Assembly: GCA_964016885.1 (NCBI GenBank)
Contig: OZ024751.1
Coordinates: forward strand, 42,532,001-42,596,000
Direction: 5' to 3'
DNA from: Eledone cirrhosa
Lineage: Eukaryota
DNA: 64,000 bases
How positions within the stretch are numbered: position 1 is the first letter of the stretch; every line of letters starts with the position of its first letter. Below, piece by piece: positions 53,365 to 64,000 of this stretch. The notes beneath the pieces were generated by a model. The model did not search any database. It was not told the origin of the DNA and was given only the letters and a program-made list of their open reading frames with translations. Position numbers and translations under genes: made by a program.

Positions 53365-55470
53365 TCTGGGATGGACACACGCGTATAACTTGCTGAGTAA
53401 GTTCTGTTTAAATTTCTATAGAAATTCTTGTCTGATAACTTTAATTTTTGTACCATTTTGTAGAGGGACTGCCAGGTCAAACTTTGATCTGGTCAGTCTC
53501 TCAAAATATTCTACGCCTTTAGGCGAAATAGTTAAAAAAAAAGTTTTTTCTTGTTGAAAAGTCAATATTTTTTTAAATGGCCGAAGCTTCTTCACCAAAA
53601 TTCGAAGGAGGAAAGGGGAAGATGAACTTACAGCTTCCCCCTGCCACTGTCACAGTAGCAGAGGTCAAGAAGATAGGTCAGCCAGAGGAAGAATTCTCTC
53701 CACCTGTTAACCGACAACTTGACGTTGCCATGGCAACAACCCAAAGAACCAGCAGCAACAGCAACAACAACAACAATGCGACGGACGAAAACAACACCAA
53801 TAACAATAACAATAACAACAACAAGACCAATAACGGTGACAACAACAACAATGATAACAACAACACCACCAACGACAACAACAACACAAACAAACGAAAT
53901 TTCTCCTTCGCCGAGACGACAAGGAAAACCCTCGACTATCTGCCAGTAGATATAACAAAAGCGAAGGAGCTACTGGCGGATGCGAAAAAATATATAGTGT
54001 ACGGGGAAAATGGTTCATTCACAATCCATTCCCCCCCGGAACTAAAAAGCCAGAGACTCCTAAACACGGTCATGTTTAGGACAAACAGGGTGTTTGCACT
54101 GACTCAGAAGTGGGCCAGTTGCAAACTATCCCTGAAAGGTCGGGCAGAGGTGGCGAACACCTACATAGCGTCCGTCATCTACTACCGCCTGACCGTAGTG
54201 CCCTGCCCAAGGGAAACCCTCACCAAGATGGAGCGCGCGCTCTTCCAATTCCTTTGGAAGAGGCGGGCTCCTATGGTGAGGAGATCCATCTGCTGTCAAC
54301 ACCCTTCGAAAGGAGGGCTGGGGATGCCATGGCTAATGATGCGTAAACACGCATTAAGGCTACGGCACCTCTACGTATTCCTCACCGGACAACCGGTGTG
54401 GGCCTCGTTTGTGAGACGAACCTTTCCCAGACTCGTCTCACTCACCGAGCTGCAATCCTGGGTCAAGCAAAGACCGAGAAAACTGGGCGCCTGGCACACT
54501 GAGTGTGCCCAGGCGCTCACCGCCCTCTGGCAGGCGGATCCGGTTATCAGTGGAGACTCCACCGCAACATTCTATAGAGGGCTGGTACGCAGCAGGTGCG
54601 ACGACGCCCTCGGAGAAGCCCTAGACATGGAGGAGGACGAACTGGCCAGCCTGTTCGGTAGGACATTCAGCCCGGGACCTATGGACAACTTCCAGAAGTC
54701 CCTGGCCTGGCAGTGCTACCGAGGGGCTTTACCCGTTCGAGAAAGGCTCTACAGACACGGGCGCCCGGGTAGGGACCCCGCCAAAAAGATCTGTCCCAGA
54801 TGCGTGTGCGACGAGGAAACCGTTGCACACGCATTGGTACACTGCTCGGGCGTAGCCGATCTGTGGGGCTATGTCGAACAACTGCTGTCAAGGGTGGGAC
54901 CGATCCGGTTGACCACCGAGTCTATTGTAATGATCAAGCCGCCTCCCCCCTTCAAAGATGAAGCAGAGGCGGTGTTTCTGTGCGTAATAGCCATGGCGAA
55001 AGAGGTTGTATGGTGGACGCGTCTGAAAGGACTGAGGTCGGGCACCTTTCTCTCTGGCCAACAACTGGTCCGTTTCTTCCGATATCATTTCGGAAGAAGG
55101 ATCAGGATGGAGAGAGAGGTGCTGCACCCGAGCCGTTTCTATGAAAGATGGGTGAAAGTGGCGAGAATGGCCCGTGTGAATGGGCCTTCACTCTACATCA
55201 GACTATAGGTGAGGAAGATGAAAGACCAAGGGAGCACCCCTTCTCTGTGCTCCTGAGGAGTAGGGTTGCACACTTTTTTCGGGGGTGTGTGCGACCCCCC
55301 AAGGCGCCTCCTCTCTATTGAGGATTTTGTTAAAAATTTTATTTTTTGTTATATCTTATTTTATTTTTATATTTTGTTATTGCCTCCTCCTTATTGAGGA
55401 CGCCTTTTTGTGTAAACTCCCCCCTTTGTACTTGTCCCACTTTTGATGCCCTAGTGGCAAATAAAAGAAA
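53365..55470 (+). mobile_element. Internally deleted Tx1/L1 retrotransposon with a single 543-aa fusion ORF (53577-55208)
   Basis: About 168 aa of ORF1-like, poly-Asn N-terminus is joined in frame to the ORF2 C-terminus (KLSLKGRAEVAN, KGGLG, CPRC..EETVAHALVHC zf-RVT-like). No APE or YADD motifs. (TATC)n on both sides. Confidence 0.88.
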
Positions 55471-55484
55471 TATATCTATCTATC

Positions 55485-55547
<63 letters not shown>

Positions 55548-55642
55548 TTGTCTGTCTGTCTGTCTGTACGCCTGTCTGCTTGTCCGCCTGTCTGTCTGTC
55601 CGCCTGTCTGTCTGTCTGTCTGTCTGTCTGTCGGTCTGTCTG

Positions 55643-55723
<81 letters not shown>

Positions 55724-55731
55724 TTATCGAT

Positions 55732-56220
55732 GTAATAGCCATGGCGAAAGAGGTTGTATGGTGGACGCGTCTGAAAGGACTGAGGTCAGGCACCTTTCTC
55801 TCTGGCCAACAACTGGTCCGTTTCTTCCGATATCATTTCGGAAGAAGGATCAGGATGGAGAGAGAGGTGCTGCACCCCAGTCGTTTCTATGAAAGATGGG
55901 TGAAAGTGGCGAGAATGGCCCGTGTGAATGGGCCTTCACTCTACATCAGACTATAGGTGAGGAAGATGAAAGACCAAGGGAGCACCCCTTCTCTGTGCTC
56001 CCGAGGAGAAGGGTTGCACACTTTTTTCGGGGGTGTGTGCGACCCCCCAAGGCACCTCCTCTCTATTGAGGACTTTGTTATAAATTTTATTTTTTGTTAT
56101 ATTTTATTTTAGTTTTATATATTGTTATTGCCTCCTCCTTATTGAGGACGCCTTGTTTTGTAAACTCCCCCCATTGTACTTGTCCCACTTTTGATGCCCT
56201 GGTGGCAAATAAAAGAAACA
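55732..56220 (+). mobile_element. 5'-truncated Tx1 copy in (TATC)n
   Basis: Near-identical to 54984-55470; flanked by tatc repeats. Confidence 0.92.
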
Positions 56221-56619
56221 TATCTATCTATTTATCTATGATTTTTATCTCTATCTATCTGTCTGTCTGTGTGTCTGTATGTCTGTCTCTCTCTCTCTCT
56301 GTCACCCCCATATCTCTCTCTCCCCCTCTTTCTCTCCCTCTCTATCTACCTATACCCATATACCCAGGGAACGCCCGTACAACTCAATGCAGAACAAGCC
56401 ACGCAACAGAATTAATCCTTAATGTTTAAATTAATGTAAAAATCCTTGTTTCCATTGACTTTAGTGAAATTTAGATTAACTGATATTGGAATTATTTCCC
56501 TTGGTAGTTCTATCTTTTCAAAGGTTTTAAACACATTTTATCTGCTGATTGCAAGGATGCTCTCTGTTAATCGAAGTTTTTCAACTTCGATTAAACAAGA
56601 CAAGTGAAGGTGTGTGTGT

Positions 56620-56898
56620 GTGGCTTACTGGTTAGAGTGCGTGGTTTACAATCTTATTGTCGTGAGTTTGATTCTCCACACCGCGTAGTGTCCTTCAACA
56701 AGACATTTTACTCCACGTTACTCCAGTCCATTAAACCAGCAAAAAAATGAATTGTATCTGTAATTCAAGAGGCCAGATTTGTCAAAACCTGTCACAAACC
56801 GTTTTCACGCTGAATCTCCCTGAGAACAATGTTATGGGTACCAGTGTCTGTGGAGTACTCAGCCACTTGCACGTTAATTTCACGAACAGGTTGGCTGT

Positions 56899-56934
<36 letters not shown>

Positions 56935-57165
56935 TCAATTAATGTCGTGAGTTCGAGTCCTGGACTGAGTTGTGTGTTGTGTTCTTGAGCAAAACACTTC
57001 ATTTCACGTCGCTCCAGTATACTCAGCTGAAAATGAATACCAGAAGCAGTAGCTGGAGGTTTAACACTGCGATAGACTGGCGGTCGTTCCAGGGCTGGGG
57101 TTGTCTTGTACTCCCAGTCGCTTAATGCCACAGAAACCAGGATAAACTCCGACTCGAGACAAACT
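56620..57165 (+). mobile_element. tRNA-derived SINE copies (family 2 plus a related element)
   Basis: tggttagagtg...gtgagtttgattc head; second copy has gtgagttcgagtcctgg and a cagtcgcttaatgccacagaaaccaggataa tail also seen at ~12050 and ~39990. Confidence 0.7.
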
Positions 57166-57856
57166 TTATATTTTGTTTAGACTTCCTGGAAGCCGGAACT
57201 TGGTGATGTGAAGTGAATTTCTGAACTTGACTACAAAATAATGTAATAATATTTGTTATAGAAATATTGTAATATTTAAATGAAAGAAAAGAAAAGGTAA
57301 AGGAAAGAAGAAGAAGAAGAAGAAGAAGAAATAAAAAGAATGAAGCAACGAAAGAAAAAGAAAGAGAGACAGAATCTACATCCCAGTCTGAGATGTAGGC
57401 AGAATGGCCAGCAACGTCCACTGCATCAGCCACACCACCTCACGGCGCCCCTTCTTCATGCGGACTGTTGTCTTTACGACCTTACAAAAAAAAAGAAAAA
57501 AAAAGACAGTAAAATGTAAAAAAAAACAAAAAAACAAAAAAAAAACAAGAAAAAAGAAAAGAAAAGAAAAGAAAACAAAATAAAAGCCATTTCATTTGAC
57601 GCTTTCATCGTTGCCGCTGCCGCCATCTTGGTGGTGTTGTTGTTGATATTGTTGTTGTTGCTGGTGTTGTTGGTGTTGTTGGTGTTGTTGGTGCTGTTCG
57701 TATTGTTGTTGGTGTTGTTGGTGTTGTTGTGGGTATTGTTGGTGTTGTTGGTGTTGTTCGTATTGTTGGTGCTGTTGTTGTTGTTGTTGGTATTGTTGGT
57801 GTTGTTGTTGTTATTGGTATTGTTGGTGTTGTTGTTGGTATTGTTGGTATTGTTGG

Positions 57857-57893
<37 letters not shown>

Positions 57894-58184
57894 GGTATTG
57901 TCGTTGTTGTTTTTGGTATTGTTGGTGTTGTTGTTGTTGGTGTTCAAGTTAACACATGACATCATATAATGAGAAGTGTTCAAACCATCATAAACTCTTC
58001 TTTCTGGTGTGGGTTTAGTGTTCTATTTAGCTCTTACTTCTACTTAGTGTTGTTGTTGTTATGGTTGTTGTTGTTGTTGTTATTGTTGTTATTGTTATGG
58101 TTGTTCTTGTTGTTGTCGCTGTGGTTCTTTTAATTTCTATTGTTGTTGTTGTTATTGCTGTGATTCCTTTTGTTGCTGTTATTT

Positions 58185-58228
<44 letters not shown>

Positions 58229-58979
58229 CTTCTTCTTCTTCTTCTTCTTCTTCTTCTTCTTCTTCTTCTTCTTCTTCTTCTTCTTCCCCTCCTCCTCCTC
58301 TTTCTTCTTCCCCCTACCCCCCTCTCTGTCCATCACCTTTGATCACCATTTTGTCTTTTAAGAATTTTTCCCTTTGAAACCATAAAAGACTTTGTTGAGT
58401 GTCACTGTGGCATGTTTATCTCTCACTATGTGTGTGTGTGTGTGTTTGTGTGCGTGTGTGTATGTGTGTGTGTGTGTGTACAAGGGTGTGGATGTGTGTG
58501 TGTGTGTGAGTGGATGTGTGTGTGTGTGCGTACAAGGGTGTGGATGTGTGTGTGCGTACAGGGATGTGGATGTGAGTGTGTGTCTGGTTGTGTGAGTGTT
58601 TGTATGTGTGTGTATACAAGGGTGTGGATGTGTGTGTCAGTGGATGTGAGTGTGTGTGTGTGAATGTGTGGATATGTGGATGTGTGTATATGAGTGTGTG
58701 TGTATGTCAGTGTGTGAGTGTGAGGTACCTCTGTACGTGGGTGTATATGTGTCTGTTTTATATACCTCTGTATGTGTCCTATAAGTCTGTACGTGTATGT
58801 ATGTGTATGTATGTGTATGTATGTGTATGTATGTGTATGTATGTGTATGTATGTATACTATATCTCTACGTGTATGTATGTGTATGTATGTATACTATAC
58901 TTCTATGTGTATGTATGTGTATGTATGTGTACGTATGTGTATATATGTATACTATACCTCTGTACGTGTTTATATGTAT

Positions 58980-60242
58980 GCGTGCTATATATCTCTATAT
59001 GTGTGTATGTATCTATGTGTGCTCTATATCTCTATATGTGTATGTATGTGTGCTCTATATCTGTATATGTGTATGTATATATGCTATATATCTCTATATG
59101 TATATGTATATATGCTATATATCTGTATATGTATATAAATGTATATATATGTGTGTATATATGTGTATATATATGATATATATCTGTATATGTGTGTGTA
59201 TGTGTACCTATATATCTCTATATGTGTATATATGTATGTACTCTATATATCTCTATATGTGTATATATGTATGTGCTCTATATATCTCTATATGTGTATA
59301 TATGTATGTGCTCTATATATCTCTATATGTGTATGTATGTATGTGCTCTCTATATCTCTATATGTGTATATATGTATGTGCTCTATATCTCTCTATATGT
59401 GTATATGTGTATGTGCTCTATATATCTCTATATGTGTATATATGTATGTGCTCTATATCTCTCTATATGTGTATATATGTATGTGCTCTATATATCACTA
59501 TATGTGTATATATGTATGTGTACCTATATATCTCTATATGTGTATGTATGTGCTCTATATATCTCTATATGTGTATATATGTATGTGCTCTATATATCTC
59601 TATATGTGTATATATGTATGTGTACCTATATATCTCTATATGTGTATGTATGTATGTGCTCTATATATCTCTATATGTGTATATATGTATGTGCTCTATA
59701 TATCTCTATATGTGTATATATGTATGTGCTCTCTATATCTCTATATGTGTATATGTGTATGTGCTCTATATATCACTATATGTGTATATATGTATGTGCT
59801 CTATATATCTCTATATGTGTATATATGTATGTGCTCTATATATCTCTATATGTGTATATATGTATGTGCTCTATATATCTCTATATGTGTATATATGTAT
59901 GTGCTCTCTATATCTCTATATGTGTATGTATGTATGTGCTCTATATATCTCTATATGTGTATATGTGTATGTGCTCTATATATCTCTATATGTGTATGTA
60001 TGTATGTGCTCTATATATCTCTATATGTGTATATATGTATGTGCTCTATATATCTCTATATGTGTATGTATGTATGTGCTCTATATATCTCTATATGTGT
60101 ATATATGTATGTGCTCTATATATCTCTATATGTGTATGTATGTATGTGCTCTATATATCTCTATATGTGTATATATGTATGTGCTCTATATATCTCTATA
60201 TGTGTATATGTGTATGTGCTCTATATATCACTATATGTGTAT
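58980..60242. repeat. 35-bp minisatellite built from TA/TG microsatellite
   Basis: Unit gtgctctatatatctctatatgtgtatatatgtat; homogeneous from ~59230, degenerate upstream. Confidence 0.95.
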
Positions 60243-60292
60243 GTTTGAACTTTAACAACGAAACACTGACACAAGTTCAACGATTCCTTTTC

Positions 60293-60336
<44 letters not shown>

Positions 60337-60441
60337 TCCTTGTTTTTACATTTATTTCATTTATTTATTTGTTTCTTTCATTTAAAATTTTCTTTTAATT
60401 TTTGGCTTCAAAGATTTAATTAATGTTTTTAAAGGACGGTT

Positions 60442-61044
<603 letters not shown>

Positions 61045-61045
<1 letters not shown>

Positions 61046-61164
61046 GATTACTTTATTGGCCACAAGGGCCTCCATTAATAAAAATAATAATGGGTGGCTC
61101 AGGATCCATATTTGTGTCATAGACTCGACTCCAGCCCCAATCTGCTCATCAAGCAAAACCAGAA

Positions 61165-61168
<4 letters not shown>
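61045..61168 (-). mobile_element. Probable Tx1-like 3' end abutting (TAG)n
   Basis: Minus strand ends gcccttgtggccaataaagtaat, then (TAG)n; same terminal motif as the (TATC)n Tx1 copies. Confidence 0.55.
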
Positions 61169-61210
<42 letters not shown>

Positions 61211-61214
<4 letters not shown>

Positions 61215-61394
61215 AAGTATGACCCCGACGGCAGAGCTCAAGCCGTTTCGACTGCTATTTCTGGAAATAGCCGTCGAAACGGCTTGAGCTCTGCCGTCGG
61301 GGACATACTTTTTCCTATTTCCCACTCTACTACCCTAAGTATTGAGTACTCTGGTGCGTTATGGTCCATCTGTTTCCTTACCACAATTCCTTTG

Positions 61395-61396
<2 letters not shown>
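61211..61396. mobile_element. Fold-back element family B (copy 2)
   Basis: Hairpin 61211-61314 plus a tail nearly identical to 42689-42766; lies in (TA)n. Confidence 0.7.
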
Positions 61397-61493
<97 letters not shown>

Positions 61494-61549
61494 TGTATAT
61501 ACATATATATATATATCCACCTCGCTCTCTCTCTCTCTATATATATATA

Positions 61550-61618
<69 letters not shown>

Positions 61619-61656
61619 CCCCCCTCTCTATTTCTATATATATATATATATATATT

Positions 61657-61734
<78 letters not shown>

Positions 61735-62589
61735 TTTTGAAATTGCTAATAATACTTCAAAGACAATAACAGAAGCCAAAATCTCAGAAAATTTATTTCA
61801 CTCTTCATTGAGAAACGAAAAGCGAAAACAAAATCTCTGAACATCCGACATTTTATTCCTGTATCGTCTGGACATTGATTGACAATGATTCGCCATCGGA
61901 TTTCTAACCCGGATATTGAAAACCTACAGAATATGACATTTGCACTGAAATAAACAAGAATTCGAGATGAATCTGATTTAGATATTGGAATCAGTTACAC
62001 TTCCTTTATGACTGGAAAACTTATAAAATGAAATACACAAATTTAGTGTTGTCTTCCATCTTGGAAATACACTTAACACTTCCTTTCTTTGTGTACGCAT
62101 CATGGCCGAATGGCGAAGAAGGTTTGCTTTGCAATCATTAAGGTCACAAGTTGGATCTCTCTGCCTGGCATCTTGGACAAGTGTCTTTTACACACACACA
62201 CACAGACACACACAGGCACACACACAGACACACACATAAATACACACAGAGACACATACACACACATGTATATATAGGTAGATAGATAGGAATATAAAAA
62301 GTAAAAGAGGAGGAACATGTCATCATGGAATTTTAGACATTTTGTTACCTGACAACAAACATTTAACCACAAACGGATTCCTGTCTTATGAGTGAAATTG
62401 GGTAGACGGAAACTGTCTGGAAGCCTGTCAGATGGACTGTACCTGTAATTTAAATAGTCAACCGTGATACACACACACACATACACTGTGTAAAGCTGAA
62501 TCTCCCTGAGAATTTCGTTATGGTTATATGTCTCAATTGAATGCTCGTCATGGTATGTGTGTGTATGTCTTCTATATATTATATTGGTC

Positions 62590-62925
62590 GATTGGCGTCG
62601 GACGCCATGCTTTACAGCATAGAGTTACGTCCCTTTACGGTCTGAGTTCAAATCCTGCTGAGGTTAACTTTGCCTTTCATCCTTACGGGGTCGATAAAAT
62701 AAAGTACCAGTAATGCACTGGGATATCTGCTGGTCTATATAAGAAACCATTATATTATATTATATAAGGGCGGTGAATTGGCAGTATCGGTAGAGGGTTG
62801 GACGCCATGCTTTCTAGCATAGTTACGTCCCTTTACAGTCTGAGTTCAAATCTCGCCGAGGTTAACTTTGCCTTTCATCCTTACGGGGTCGATAAAATAA
62901 AGTACCAGTAATGTACTGGGGCAAT
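62590..62925 (+). mobile_element. Two tandem SINE family 1 copies
   Basis: Two cores tctgagttcaaatc...gtaccagtaatg.actggg. Confidence 0.85.
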
Positions 62926-63035
62926 TATATTATATTATATTATATCGAACATAAACACACACATATGTTATATATAATACACAATAATATAATAAGAAAT
63001 ATATCTAAGTGTGTTTGCAAACACATGACTGTAAG

Positions 63036-63066
<31 letters not shown>

Positions 63067-63161
63067 ACTTCTGGAAAATGTTTTCTTTAAACACGTATCT
63101 TAAAATAAAAGATTATTTTGTATCAAGGGATAACATTTTCACTTTTCACTATGGTTTTAGA

Positions 63162-63217
<56 letters not shown>

Positions 63218-63513
63218 CGTTTCTCATCACGCACGCAATTCTCTGTACCATAATATACCCCTATCCATATATATGTTCTTAAGAAGCTTTTATGCTTATA
63301 TCCTTTTAGTCTGTCGCTTTCTAATCTTTTGCCGTCTTAGGACTATAAGTGTACATATAAATGTAACACACGCATGCACAGGCACACACACATATATAAG
63401 CTTAAACACACACGCATACATATTTATATAAATATATATACACATGTTGATACATTTATTTATTTCCTTTTTCTTTATCTTTGTGTTTGTCTCATTTATT
63501 ATTGAACGATCTA

Positions 63514-63625
<112 letters not shown>

Positions 63626-63635
63626 AATCAATCAG

Positions 63636-63763
<128 letters not shown>

Positions 63764-64000
63764 GTTTCGACATTTTGGGACATCTAAATTCAATAATGAA
63801 CAAGTATATTCCATTCCTAAAACTTTTCATTCTCTTCTTTGTAAAGATTGTATCATACTTTTTTCTTTTATGTTTTTTTCCTTTTTTATATTTTAAAGTT
63901 ATACATGGTTAGTGACTCTCCAATGTAACCCCTTTCTGTTTTTCTGATGGGTACAATAAAGTGTTATAGATAACACGTTAATATCTTTCATAAGAAAGCA

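Overview
AT-rich, microsatellite-dense animal DNA. The SINE/RTE repertoire suggests an octopus-like cephalopod (inference). Two host genes converge tail-to-tail. (1) The 3' half of a KHDC4/BLOM7-like gene on + has seven phase-consistent exons (1-14879); its introns carry a 5.4-kb 47-bp satellite and an RTE LINE. (2) An intronless 1011-aa secreted protein on - (25948-28983) has two insect-type chitin deacetylase (CE4/NodB) domains; the first is catalytically intact and the second lacks the metal ligands. The rest is repeat-derived: RTE remnants, two tRNA-derived SINE families, a piggyBac-like MITE, several minisatellites, Tx1/L1 retrotransposons that all sit in (TATC)n (one an in-frame ORF1::ORF2-C-terminus fusion lacking EN and the RT core), and Penelope-like remnants in (TA)n, including GIY-YIG fragments, fold-back hairpins and hammerhead-ribozyme motifs. 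One of these motifs folds as a complete type I hammerhead (43081-43147). Most ORFs in the supplied track are microsatellite artefacts. No prokaryotic features such as CRISPR are present.
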